Origin: Coleofasciculus sp. B1-GNL1-01
Lineage (GTDB): Bacteria; Cyanobacteriota; Cyanobacteriia; Cyanobacteriales; Coleofasciculaceae
NCBI GenBank assembly: GCA_040220235.1
Contig: JAVJTO010000004.1
DNA: 64,000 nt
Strand: one strand, 5' to 3'
Below are positions 1 through 9,322 of the stretch, in pieces. The notes below the pieces were generated by a model. That model was not told where the DNA came from. It saw nothing but the letters and a program-made list of their open reading frames with translations, and did not search any database. The position numbers and the translations under genes are program-made. Numbering within the stretch: the stretch's first letter is position 1; each line of letters starts with the position of its first letter.

Positions 1-218
1 AAAATGGTCACGGTTTTAGTGTCCTGATAGCAAGAGTAGAAAGGTTCCGGCGGTACACCTTCAGTCCTTCAGCTGCCAACGGTATTCGGTGACTCAGGGC
101 TGAGGTTAAGTATTGACTTGCCACGAATCGGTTCTTTAAGCCGACTATTGCATGTTTTATCATGTCGATCCTCTGCTCAAACCAACCCGTTGGTGTGGTA
201 TGAGTCTATCGTTGATAT

Positions 219-283
219 TGACACTTTTCAATAGTGTCAGTCTTTTATAGCACTATTAAAAGGTGCTATAAATGTTTTAGCAC
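219..283 (+). promoter_or_regulatory. Putative operator region of mrp copy 1: TGACACT-N7-AGTGTCA inverted repeat followed by TAGCAC-N9-GTGCTA-N9-TAGCAC
   Basis: Palindromes read directly (219-239; 248-283); the half-sites are conserved in the duplicate at 2062-2126 while spacer bases differ. Confidence 0.6.
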
Positions 284-305
284 CTTTTCACCGGAAAGCA
301 TAGCC

Positions 306-431
306 GTGTTAGCCGCCTGCCTATTTGCCACTATTCTGGGCGAATTTTTCGGCATCATCTTAAAAAAGACGCTAGCACGATATCATCCGACCTTAGAAAG
401 CAGCGAGGTTGAGAAATACAATACTCCATGA
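306..431 (+). pseudogene. mrpC: Internally deleted mrpC copy (41 aa from GTG 306)
   Basis: N-terminus (LAACLFATILGEFFGIILKK) and C-terminus (LARYHPTLESSEVEKYNTP) match both ends of the 120-aa MrpC at 2149-2511; about 79 central codons are missing in frame. Confidence 0.8.
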
Positions 432-1867
432 GTACATTGACAATTGCCTGGATCGCACTACCGCTATTTGTGGGGTTCAGCATTTATCTGTTCCCCAAAC
501 TTGACCGATATCTCGCACTGGGCGTCGCCTTGGTTTCGGCTGGATATGCGTTGCAGTTATTATTTGTGGCTAAATCGCCCTTAACCCTGCAATTATTAAA
601 TAATTTCGGCGTCACTCTAGTCGCTGATCAATTAAGCGGTTTTTTTATATTGACCAATGCCTTGGTCACAACTGCCGTTATCCTCTACTGTTGGCATACC
701 AATAAGACGGCGTTTTTTTATACACAGGCAATTATTTTACATGGCAGTGTCAATGCCACCTTTGTCTGTGCCGATTTCATCAGTTTATATGTGGCGTTAG
801 AGGTCATTAGTATTGCCGCATTTCTGTTAATTGCCTATTCCCGAACCAATCGTTCCATTTGGGTGGCTTTACGCTATCTGTTTGTCGGCAATGTAGCCAT
901 GCTTTTTTATCTAGTGGGTGCGGTTTTAGTTTATCAGGCAAATTATTCCTTTGCTTATGAGGGGTTGAGTAATGCACCCATCGAGGCAATTGCCTTGATT
1001 ATTCTGGGACTGCTGGGTAAGGGGGGCATTTTGATATCGGGATTGTGGTTACCCTTAACCCATTCCGAATCCGAGACCCCCGTATCCGCGTTGCTATCGG
1101 GGGTTGTGGTGAAAACGGGCGTGTTTCCTCTGGTGCGCTTTGCGTTGATGGTGCCAGAGGTTGATCCCATTGTTAGACTTTTCGGTGTGGGAACTGCACT
1201 GCTGGGAGTCGGGTATGCCGTCTTTGAAAAAGATACCAAGCGCACGTTAGCCTGTAGCACGATTTCCCAAGTAGGCTGGATACTCGCGGCACCGGAAGTC
1301 GGCGGTTTTTATGCCCTAGCCCATGGATTGGCGAAATCAACGCTGTTTTTGATCGCGGGTAACTTACCCAGCCGAAACTTTAAGGAACTTAAAGAGCAGC
1401 CAATGAATACCGGACTCTGGATTGCCCTCGTCATGGCTAGCCTATCAATTTCGGGCTTTCCCTTGCTCGTCGGCTTTAGCGCGAAGGTATTAACGTTGAA
1501 AAACGTCCTACCTTGGCAATGGATTGTCATGAACCTGGGGGCGGTGGGAACCGCGATGGTGTATGCCAAATTCATCCTTCTGCCCCATGGAAAAGGGAAG
1601 CCTGTTCGCTCCAGTTTCTGGACTCCAGTGCTACTACTACTCACTGCGCTGATTGCCGCAAGTGGAATGTATTTAGAAGTATACACCCTAGCAAATATCA
1701 CCAAAAACCTGGCAATCATCGCCGTTGGAGGGTTGGTATACGGTTTGATTTTTCGGCGAGTGGTACTCAAAGTACCCCGTATGTTTGAGCAATTGGAGCA
1801 TCTGATTGGGGTGATGGGAGTGATGAGTCTAGCGTTGATTCTTTTATTCAAGATGGTATTGGCATAA
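428..1867 (+). CDS. mrpD: Mrp/Mnh Na+/H+ antiporter subunit D (copy 1)
   Basis: 479-aa multi-TM NuoL/M/N-like protein (LYVALEVISIAAF, WLPLTHSESETPVSALLSGVVVK); ATGA overlap with the mrpC remnant. Confidence 0.88.
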   Translation: MSTLTIAWIALPLFVGFSIYLFPKLDRYLALGVALVSAGYALQLLFVAKSPLTLQLLNNFGVTLVADQLSGFFILTNALVTTAVILYCWHTNKTAFFYTQAIILHGSVNATFVCADFISLYVALEVISIAAFLLIAYSRTNRSIWVALRYLFVGNVAMLFYLVGAVLVYQANYSFAYEGLSNAPIEAIALIILGLLGKGGILISGLWLPLTHSESETPVSALLSGVVVKTGVFPLVRFALMVPEVDPIVRLFGVGTALLGVGYAVFEKDTKRTLACSTISQVGWILAAPEVGGFYALAHGLAKSTLFLIAGNLPSRNFKELKEQPMNTGLWIALVMASLSISGFPLLVGFSAKVLTLKNVLPWQWIVMNLGAVGTAMVYAKFILLPHGKGKPVRSSFWTPVLLLLTALIAASGMYLEVYTLANITKNLAIIAVGGLVYGLIFRRVVLKVPRMFEQLEHLIGVMGVMSLALILLFKMVLA

Positions 1868-1901
1868 GGGAGATAAATTCATGAACCCCGCCCAATTTTT
1901 T

Positions 1902-2021
1902 CTCCCCCAGCTTCCCCAGCTTCCCCAGCTTCCCCAGCTTCCCCAGCTTCCCCTGCTCCCCCAGCTTCCCCAGCTTCCCCTGCTCCCCCTGCTCCCCCTG
2001 CTCCCCCTGCTCCCCCTGCTC
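1902..2021 (+). repeat. Short tandem repeat array of about 13 9-mers (CTTCCCCAG/CTCCCCCTG)
   Basis: Read directly; lies at the junction of the duplicated mrpCD units. Confidence 0.95.
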
Positions 2022-2061
2022 AAACCAATCCGTTGCTGTGGCATGAGTCTATAATTGGCAT

Positions 2062-2126
2062 TGACACTTTCCAATAGTGTCCGTCTTGGTTAGCACTATT
2101 AAAACGTGCTATATATGATTTAGCAC
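2062..2126 (+). promoter_or_regulatory. Putative operator region of mrp copy 2 (GACACT-N7-AGTGTC; TAGCAC-N9-GTGCTA-N9-TAGCAC)
   Basis: Same half-sites and spacing as 219-283; ends about 20 nt before the GTG start of mrpC. Confidence 0.6.
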
Positions 2127-2148
2127 CTTTTTCCAGGACAGCATACCC

Positions 2149-2511
2149 GTGTTAGAAGCCTGCATATTTGCCACCATCCTGTGCGGATTTTTCGGCATCA
2201 TCCTGAAAAAAAACCTGGTGATGAAGATCATCTCCATGGATGTGATGAGTACGGGGGTTATTGCCTACTACGTGCTGATCGCATCACGCAAAGGTGAAGC
2301 CTTGTTCACACCGATTATTTCCGTCGAAAATGGGATTATTTCCCACGTCGAAAATGGCGCTTACTCTGATCCAGTTCCTCAAGCGGTGATCTTGACGGCG
2401 ATTGTGATCGGCTTTTCGATTCAAGCGCTGATGCTGGTTGGCGTGATGAAGCTAGCACGGGATCATCCCACCTTAGAAAGCAGCGAGATTGAGAAGCACA
2501 ACACCCCATGA
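2149..2511 (+). CDS. mrpC: Mrp antiporter subunit C
   Basis: 120 aa, three hydrophobic helices, DPVPQAVILTAIVIG motif. Confidence 0.92.
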   Translation: MLEACIFATILCGFFGIILKKNLVMKIISMDVMSTGVIAYYVLIASRKGEALFTPIISVENGIISHVENGAYSDPVPQAVILTAIVIGFSIQALMLVGVMKLARDHPTLESSEIEKHNTP

Positions 2512-3941
2512 ATACATTGACGATTGTCTGGATAGCACTACCGCTATTTGTGGGGTTCAGCATTTATCTGTTCCCTAAACTTGACCGATATCTCGCACTG
2601 GGCGTCGCCCTAGCTTCGGCTGGATATGCATCTCACTTATTTGTGGCTCAGTCAACCTTAACCCTGCCATTATTGGATAGTTTCGGCGTCACCCTAATCG
2701 CTGACGAAATGAGCGCTTTTTTTATATTCACCAATGCCTTGGTCACAAGCGCCGTTATCCTTTACTGTTGGCACACGAATAAGACGGCGTTCTTTTTTAC
2801 ACAGATGATTATTTTACATGGCTGTGTCAATGCCGCCTTTGTCTGTGCCGATTTCGTCAGCTTATATGTGGCGTTAGAGGTGATTAGTATTGCCGCATTT
2901 CTGTTAATTGCCTATCCCCGAACCAATCGTTCGATTTGGGTGGGGTTGCGCTATCTGTTGATCAGCAACGTAGCAATGCTGTTTTATCTGATGGGTGCGG
3001 TGTTGGTGTATGAGGCGAATTACTCCTTTGCTTATGAGGGTTTGAGCAATGCTCCCATCGAGGCAATTGCCCTGATTTTTATGGGACTGTTGAGTAAGGG
3101 GGGTATTTTTGTATCGGGATTGTGGTTACCCTTGACCCACTCGGAATCCGAGACTCCGGTGTCAGCATTGCTATCGGGGGTTGTGGTAAAAGCTGGGGTG
3201 TTTCCCCTGATGCGCTTTGCTTTGATGGTACCAGAGATTGATCCCATTGTTAGAATCTTCGGCGTAGGCACAGCCGTGCTAGGAGTCGGTTATGCCGTCT
3301 TTGAAAAAGATACCAAGCGAATGTTGGCATTTCACACGATTTCGCAGTTAGGCTTTGTCCTAGCAGCACCCGAAGTCGGTGGTTTTTATGGGCTAACCCA
3401 CGGGTTAGTTAAATCAGCGCTGTTCCTCATCGCGGGAACCTTACCCAGCCGTAACCTCAAAGAACTGCACCATAAACCGATTAATACCCCAATTTGGATT
3501 GCTTTAGTCATCGCTAGTTTCTCTATCTCCGGCTTTCCTCTATTGTCGGGTTTTGGAGCGAAGGTTTTGACGATGGAAAATCTTTTGCGCTGGCAAGTGA
3601 TTGGCATGAACATTGCGGCTTTTGGAACGGCAATATCCTTTGCTAAATTCATCTTTTTGCCTCATAAATCACAAGGAGAAGGAAATGTCAAACCCGGTTT
3701 CTGGTTAGCCATGATCTTATTAATCGGGGGTTTAATTTTAGCAAATGTTGTGTATTACGAGGCGTATACGGTTAAGAATATAGTGAAACCCCTAGTCACT
3801 ATCGCACTTGGATGGTTGGCATATTTTTTGATTTTCAAACGACTTGCCATAAAACTCCCTCGTATGCTTGAGCAATTCGATCATCTGATTGGGCTGATGA
3901 GTTTAATGTTGCTGTTGCTGTTCGGAATGGTATTCGTTTAA
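2508..3941 (+). CDS. mrpD: Mrp antiporter subunit D (copy 2)
   Basis: 477 aa, close paralog of 428-1867; ATGA overlap with mrpC. Confidence 0.9.
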   Translation: MNTLTIVWIALPLFVGFSIYLFPKLDRYLALGVALASAGYASHLFVAQSTLTLPLLDSFGVTLIADEMSAFFIFTNALVTSAVILYCWHTNKTAFFFTQMIILHGCVNAAFVCADFVSLYVALEVISIAAFLLIAYPRTNRSIWVGLRYLLISNVAMLFYLMGAVLVYEANYSFAYEGLSNAPIEAIALIFMGLLSKGGIFVSGLWLPLTHSESETPVSALLSGVVVKAGVFPLMRFALMVPEIDPIVRIFGVGTAVLGVGYAVFEKDTKRMLAFHTISQLGFVLAAPEVGGFYGLTHGLVKSALFLIAGTLPSRNLKELHHKPINTPIWIALVIASFSISGFPLLSGFGAKVLTMENLLRWQVIGMNIAAFGTAISFAKFIFLPHKSQGEGNVKPGFWLAMILLIGGLILANVVYYEAYTVKNIVKPLVTIALGWLAYFLIFKRLAIKLPRMLEQFDHLIGLMSLMLLLLFGMVFV

Positions 3942-3988
3942 TCTCAAACTCTTACAAATGACCAATGACCAATGACCAATGACAAAAT

Positions 3989-4378
3989 ATGATTGGACAC
4001 CTGAATTTGATATTGCGATTAGCCATTTGGTTTTTGCTCACCGCTAGTCTGAGTGTGCCAAATATCATCATTGGTATCGCCGTCGCCTTTCTATTACCAG
4101 GACGCCCCAAAACTCCGGAATCCTTAAAGGATTGGTTACGGGTGCTGGGTGAGGTACTTGTGGCAATTCCCCAGGCATATTTTGAGGCATTTGAAATTAT
4201 GTTCCGCCCTCATAAGTACGAAGATGTAATTATGGAACGGGTCAAACCCCAGCGTACACCTGGACTGGTTTTTCTGGATATATTTTTAATTACGTTTACC
4301 CCCAAGACTATTGTTTTAAAATACCACGAGGAAGGCTCCTATGAAGTCCACCGAATTAGCCGGAGAAAACGAACATGA
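3989..4378 (+). CDS. mrpE: Mrp antiporter subunit E
   Basis: 129 aa; ITFTPKT matches the MrpE ITLTPGT motif; operon position. Confidence 0.85.
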   Translation: MIGHLNLILRLAIWFLLTASLSVPNIIIGIAVAFLLPGRPKTPESLKDWLRVLGEVLVAIPQAYFEAFEIMFRPHKYEDVIMERVKPQRTPGLVFLDIFLITFTPKTIVLKYHEEGSYEVHRISRRKRT

Positions 4379-4656
4379 ATTTAATTTTAATTACTATGAT
4401 GTTGGCGTTGCTAATCCCCATGTATGAGGCATGGCAGGATAATGATATTTGGCAAAAAATGTTGGCGTTTGCCAGTATCGCGACTAAAACCTCAATCATG
4501 ATTCTGGTTGTTTCTGTATTACGGGATGACTGGATGATCGGAGTTGTGGGGGTGATTATTCTAAGTGTGGGAAATGCCGGATTAATGTTGTTGGCACATA
4601 TCCTGAAACGCATGAGTGATTTAGCAGAAGAGTCCTATTATGATCAACGTGCTTAG
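4375..4656 (+). CDS. mrpF: Mrp antiporter subunit F-like membrane protein
   Basis: 93 aa, three TM helices, overlaps mrpE and mrpG. Confidence 0.7.
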   Translation: MNLILITMMLALLIPMYEAWQDNDIWQKMLAFASIATKTSIMILVVSVLRDDWMIGVVGVIILSVGNAGLMLLAHILKRMSDLAEESYYDQRA

Positions 4657-4924
4657 TTATATCTGTATCGGGTTAGGAATTGTCTTCTGGTTTTGGGGAA
4701 CTTTTCCGTTGATTGGTCACCGATCGGTATTATTTAAACTGCATACTCTTTCGGTGGCAGATACTCTTGGCTCAATGAGTATTATCGTCGGATTGTTGCT
4801 AAAAATACCCAGTGAGTGGCCCCTACTGATTCTCGCCATCATCTCCTTGGCGATTTGGAATACAGTGCTGGGGTATGTGTTGGCGTACTGTTCAAGTAGT
4901 GGGAAGGAGGTTGACTATGAATGA
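4640..4924 (+). CDS. mrpG: Mrp antiporter subunit G
   Basis: 94 aa; KLHTLSVADTLG matches the MrpG RLH...DTLG motif. Confidence 0.85.
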   Translation: MINVLSYICIGLGIVFWFWGTFPLIGHRSVLFKLHTLSVADTLGSMSIIVGLLLKIPSEWPLLILAIISLAIWNTVLGYVLAYCSSSGKEVDYE

Positions 4925-5522
4925 AAGTGATATCTATGTGATTATTGCGCTGCTGCCCTTAGCTTCTTGTATGTTGATCTTTCAGGTGAATCCTTACCAT
5001 GCTTTGGTGATTCGGGGCATTTTGGGAGCGGTGGCGGCATTAGTTTATGCAGTGTTGGGCGCGGCGGATGTGGCGTTGACTGAAGCTTTGGTGGGTACGA
5101 TGCTGGCGATTACGCTATATGCCGTGGCGGTGCGTTCATCTTTAACGATGCGTCTGGGTGTACTTGAAGACGGTGGCGATAAAGTGCCGACTACGGAAGA
5201 AGTTGAGCGGCATTTTGGGGAACTGATGGATGATTTACGCCGCATTTTTAGCAAACATTATATGCGTGTCGAGTTAGTCCCGTACACAGATCAGCAGGCA
5301 TTACAACGGGCGCTGATGGAGAAAGAAATTCATGCTACCTGTACGCGATCGCATCAAGCAAAACTTGAGCCTCAAGACCCGACAGTACCTGAGTCTGAGA
5401 CGCCATCTTATCACACCGCGACTCGGGTTCAACGCCTCTATGACATCATGCAAACCGAACTGTCGTCACCTGCGACACATTTAACCTATATCAATACACC
5501 AGATTCAGGGGAGAAACACTAA
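4917..5522 (+). CDS. DUF4040-type (MrpA C-terminal/MrpB-like) subunit with soluble C-terminal extension
   Basis: LGAADVALTEALVG motif; start reassigned to ATG 4917 after an AGGAGG RBS. Confidence 0.8.
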   Translation: MNESDIYVIIALLPLASCMLIFQVNPYHALVIRGILGAVAALVYAVLGAADVALTEALVGTMLAITLYAVAVRSSLTMRLGVLEDGGDKVPTTEEVERHFGELMDDLRRIFSKHYMRVELVPYTDQQALQRALMEKEIHATCTRSHQAKLEPQDPTVPESETPSYHTATRVQRLYDIMQTELSSPATHLTYINTPDSGEKH

Positions 5523-6193
5523 TGAAATGGGTTTACATTGCAGCCGGGATAGCGCTGTACGTTATATTCCTAATCACGCCCAATATGTCAAATTTGGCAC
5601 CGGATTTATCAGATATCTCTATCGTCGAAGCCGTTGTAGAAGACAGTGGCGTGTCCAATGTGGTTTCGGGTATCATTTTCCGGAATCGGTTGTATGACAC
5701 CATCTTTGAAGTGGTGGTATTTACGATCGCAATTATGGGTGTGCGGTTTCTGCTGGCGGATGAAAAGCCGTTCTGCACTGTCTATCAGTTTACCGATCAA
5801 CCCTCGATGATTTTGGCGCGTCTGGGAGCAACCATTTCCGCGTTGGTGGGTATCGAATTAGCGATTCGGGGACATCTTAGCCCTGGTGGTGGGTTTGCCG
5901 CTGGGGTAGCTGGGGGAACCGCGATCGGTTTGGTGGCGATTACTTCATCAACGGAGTGGATGCAGGAAATCTATAAGCGTTGGCACGCCTCTAGATGGGA
6001 GAAGGTTTCGGTGCTGGTTTTCATTGTCCTGGCGGTGATCACGCTAGCTGGATATGAGTTACCCCACGGAGAGTTAGGCAAACTGCTCAGTGGCGGGATT
6101 ATCCCCCTGCTCAATATCCTTGTCGCCGTAAAAGTCGCCTTGGGTTCCTGGGCAGCTATTTTAGTGTTTGTTCATTATCGGGGATTGTTGTGA
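5522..6193 (+). CDS. mrpB: Mrp antiporter subunit B
   Basis: NVVSGIIFRNRLYDTIFEV and GHLSPGGGFAAG motifs. Confidence 0.9.
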   Translation: MKWVYIAAGIALYVIFLITPNMSNLAPDLSDISIVEAVVEDSGVSNVVSGIIFRNRLYDTIFEVVVFTIAIMGVRFLLADEKPFCTVYQFTDQPSMILARLGATISALVGIELAIRGHLSPGGGFAAGVAGGTAIGLVAITSSTEWMQEIYKRWHASRWEKVSVLVFIVLAVITLAGYELPHGELGKLLSGGIIPLLNILVAVKVALGSWAAILVFVHYRGLL

Positions 6194-6214
6194 TATCAAG
6201 CGCGGTGGGATCAT

Positions 6215-6419
6215 ATTGATACACAGCAGGATCACTATCAACTGCTTTATGTTGGTTGGCGTGGGAATAAACGTGATTTTGGCTGTATTCTGCATGTTGA
6301 TTTTTGCCAACCGATTAGTCGCTATGGGAGTACCGAAACAAGATATCGTTTTGGCTTTCCATGAACCTGAAGTGCGCCAGCTTACGGGTTTTGGTACAGG
6401 TGAAGCGATCGCCGATTAA
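6215..6419 (+). pseudogene. xisI: XisI-family remnant
   Basis: One frame reads IDTQQDHYQLLYVGWRGNKRDFGCILHVD and a shifted frame reads ANRLVAMGVPKQDIVLAFHEPEVRQLTGFG; both match XisI, with the N-terminus and the IKDGKIWIQ segment missing. Confidence 0.75.
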
Positions 6420-6476
6420 TCCAAGTTATATCATGTCCGTCTAAACAGTCGGGCAGGATAGTTAAAGAGCAAGGTT

Positions 6477-6893
6477 TCATTCATCCGTTACCTTTCGTCG
6501 CATCGCTTTGATATGCGATCGCCTACTTTTGCTGTCCAGACGTTTCCGTTGAGAACTTCGAGTGGGCTTGCTTGGTTTACGGCGTTTGGGAAGTGCGATC
6601 GCACTCTTAATCAACTCTCGCAATCGCCGCCGCGCTTCTTCCCGATTCTGCTGTTGGCTGCGGTGTTTTTGGGCTTTGATGATAATCACCCCGTCTTTGC
6701 TAATACGCTGATCAGAACGTTTCAACAGCCGCTCCTTGTAGCGATCGGGTAGCGAGGAAGCCTGGATATCAAAGCGCAGGTGAATAGCACTCGCCACTTT
6801 ATTTACATTTTGCCCCCCTGCCCCTTGAGAGCGCATCGCACTCATCTCAATCTCATCCTCTGGAATACTCACAGTATTAGAAATTTGTAGCAT
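6477..6893 (-). CDS. arfB: Alternative ribosome-rescue peptidyl-tRNA hydrolase ArfB (YaeJ)
   Basis: GAGGQNVNK (GGQ) motif and basic C-terminal tail. Confidence 0.93.
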   Translation of the reverse strand: MLQISNTVSIPEDEIEMSAMRSQGAGGQNVNKVASAIHLRFDIQASSLPDRYKERLLKRSDQRISKDGVIIIKAQKHRSQQQNREEARRRLRELIKSAIALPKRRKPSKPTRSSQRKRLDSKSRRSHIKAMRRKVTDE

Positions 6894-7003
6894 AATTTAA
6901 CAATTGCCTAGAGATAAGTCACACCCATAGTTGAGCAGATTGTACCCAAGTTTGCCGTTAGTGATTGTCTTCCAGTAAACCGAGTTGTCACCCAAACAAG
7001 CCG

Positions 7004-8713
7004 ATGGATCGATTGAATTTCAAGGTACTCCAGCAATTCTGGACGATCGCCAAATCCTACTGGTTAGGGGATGAGAAATGGCTTGCCAGAGGGTTACTCC
7101 TGAGTGTGGTGCTGTTTCTGCTAGCCTATACGGGATTGAGTGTCCTACTCAATAACAAGCGAGGGGTATTAATCTCAGCCCTTTCCGCCCAGGATGAAGC
7201 TCGCTTCTGGCAAACGGTGATCATTTTCATCGGCGTGCTGGTGATTTATGCACCTCTATTGGCGGGCTATACCTATTTACGCGATCGCCTCAGCCTACAA
7301 TGGCGCAAATGGCTTACCCATCGATTCGTGGATAACTATTTTCGCGATCGCGCCTATTACAATCTGCACATCGGTAAAACCGAGATTGATAACCCAGATC
7401 AGCGAATTGCCGAAGATGTCAGGAGTTTTACCCAAGAGTCTCTCACCTTTTTGCTAGTGTTGGTGGAGTCGGTGCTGTCGGTGATTGCGTTCAGCAGTGT
7501 ACTCTGGGGCATTTCTAAACCGTTGGTGTTTTTTCTGGTGCTGTATGCGCTAATCGGAACCCTGGTGACGACGTTTGTATTTGGTAAGCCCCTGGTGCGA
7601 CTCAACTTTGAACAACTCAAGCGGGAAGCGAATCTCCGGTTTAGCTTGGTGCGAATTCGGGAAAATGCCGAAGCGATCGCGTTTTATCAGGGGGAGGAGC
7701 AGGAGTCGAATCAGGTTAAACAGCGGTTTTTTGATGTGTTTGAGAATGTCAAACGGCTGCTGGTTTGGGAGTTGAATTTGAATATTCTCACCAATGCCTA
7801 TGAATTCATCCCCTTTATCCTACCTGCCCTAGTTGTCGCCCCGGCGATTTTTGCTGGAGAAATGGAGGTGGGTAAAGTGTCTGAGGCGCAGGGAGCCTTT
7901 ATCCGCGTCTTCTTTTCCCTTAATGTTGTAGTTGCCCGTTTCCAGCAATTAACCACCTTTGGTGCTGGAATTAACCGTCTCTATACCTTTGCCGAATTTT
8001 TAGAACAGACAGAAGCAACCCAGGTATCGGATGAGCAGAAGCCACAGATTCAGAGGGTTGAGGCAGAGCGGCTGGCAGTTGAACACTTGAGCCTGCAAAC
8101 GCCTAATTATCAACGGACGTTGGTAGAAGATTTGTCAATAGAGTTACCGACTGGAGAAGGACTTTTAGTCATGGGACCCAGTGGTTGTGGCAAAAGTTCA
8201 CTGCTAAGAGCGATCGCGGGGTTATGGGATTCTGGTAAAGGTAAAATTATTCGACCCAAATTCGACCAGATTCTATTTTTACCCCAGCGTCCTTACATGG
8301 TGCTGGGAACTCTCCGCGATCAATTGCTCTATCCTAACACCGACATTGAAGTTGAGGAGCAACACTTGCAGCAAGTTTTAGAGCAGGTGAACTTAGCGGG
8401 TTTAGATGAACGGTTTGGCGGGTTTGATGCCGAACAGGATTGGGCAGATGTTCTCTCCTTGGGTGAACAACAACGGTTAACCTTTGCCCGGTTGCTGCTG
8501 AACCAACCCCAGTACGCTATTCTGGACGAAGCAACCAGTGCCTTGGATCTGGGGAATGAGGAACGGTTATATCACCATTTGCAGGCGAAAGGGACGACGT
8601 TTTTAAGTGTGGGGCATCGCTCGACGTTGACAAATTACCATCAGTCTTTGCTGGAACTTTCTCAGGACAAAACCTGGCAGATCAAAGAACTTATGGCTGG
8701 GGTTAAAGAATAA
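7004..8713 (+). CDS. ABC transporter permease/ATPase fusion (ABCD/YddA-like)
   Basis: DNPDQRIAED, Walker A GPSGCGKS, LSLGEQQR, ILDEATSALD; ATG 7004 preferred as start. Confidence 0.9.
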   Translation: MDRLNFKVLQQFWTIAKSYWLGDEKWLARGLLLSVVLFLLAYTGLSVLLNNKRGVLISALSAQDEARFWQTVIIFIGVLVIYAPLLAGYTYLRDRLSLQWRKWLTHRFVDNYFRDRAYYNLHIGKTEIDNPDQRIAEDVRSFTQESLTFLLVLVESVLSVIAFSSVLWGISKPLVFFLVLYALIGTLVTTFVFGKPLVRLNFEQLKREANLRFSLVRIRENAEAIAFYQGEEQESNQVKQRFFDVFENVKRLLVWELNLNILTNAYEFIPFILPALVVAPAIFAGEMEVGKVSEAQGAFIRVFFSLNVVVARFQQLTTFGAGINRLYTFAEFLEQTEATQVSDEQKPQIQRVEAERLAVEHLSLQTPNYQRTLVEDLSIELPTGEGLLVMGPSGCGKSSLLRAIAGLWDSGKGKIIRPKFDQILFLPQRPYMVLGTLRDQLLYPNTDIEVEEQHLQQVLEQVNLAGLDERFGGFDAEQDWADVLSLGEQQRLTFARLLLNQPQYAILDEATSALDLGNEERLYHHLQAKGTTFLSVGHRSTLTNYHQSLLELSQDKTWQIKELMAGVKE

Positions 8714-8724
8714 TCGGAGTACCC

Positions 8725-8842
8725 GCAAGGGACTCAAGTCCCTTGCTAATAGCTTAAGTCCTTTAAAGAGGACTGCAATCCTCTCCGCCAATCCGTTGAA
8801 ACGGACTTTGGCTATGAGACAGGGGTTTGAACCCCTGGCGGG
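8725..8842. repeat. Composite multi-hairpin intergenic repeat (REP/REPIN-like)
   Basis: Four short hairpins (AAGGGACT/AGTCCCTT, AGTCCT/AGGACT, TCCGTT/AACGGA, CAGGGGTT/AACCCCTG) arranged as two inverted halves; related unit at 13300-13345. Confidence 0.7.
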
Positions 8843-8886
8843 ATAACAACGGGTTAGGATTTAGGGTAGTGGGTTCTTATCGAAGT

Positions 8887-9153
8887 ATGGCAAAGCAGAA
8901 AAATCCCCTCACCGGAGAAGCACTGATAAAAGAAGTCTGTCGGCGGATTCGGGTTGCCCGTAGCTACTGGGATGCTCATAATAACGCGGCTTGTCGGGGA
9001 GAGCGAGAACGGGCTTTAGCCCTTTACAACACGCTGACTAAAGAACAAAAAGAGCAGATTCCCCAAGTATTGCGGGTGTGGCTGCGCTACCGCAGTGAAA
9101 AGTATTTTGGCGCACATCGAACGCCACCCAAATCAAAACGCAAGTCGAAATAG
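8887..9153 (+). CDS. Small basic conserved hypothetical protein (88 aa)
   Basis: MAKQKNPLTGEALIKEVCRRIRVARSYWDAHNN...; the 5' extension in the ORF track runs through a repeat. Confidence 0.65.
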   Translation: MAKQKNPLTGEALIKEVCRRIRVARSYWDAHNNAACRGERERALALYNTLTKEQKEQIPQVLRVWLRYRSEKYFGAHRTPPKSKRKSK

Positions 9154-9322
9154 AATGAAGCAGACATTTGTGTCAAGAAGATATTTCATTCCAGGGGTTC
9201 GCGTTCAGGTTTTGCCTAAACTTAATATGCCAGAGATCAACTCATTCAAGGACGGGGGGAACTTCAGGTTAACTTTACTTTTGTCCGACTACTTATGATA
9301 ATAGGGTAAATTTATCTATTGA

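Noticed and set aside
248..268. CIRCE (HrcA) element
   Set aside because: TAGCAC and GTGCTA are 9 bp apart, whereas CIRCE needs TTAGCACTC-N9-GAGTGCTAA (13 bp between those hexamers), and no chaperone gene follows
1844..2074. 76-aa ORF with GSW/GSR repeats
   Set aside because: It is the translation of the 9-mer tandem repeat on the opposite strand
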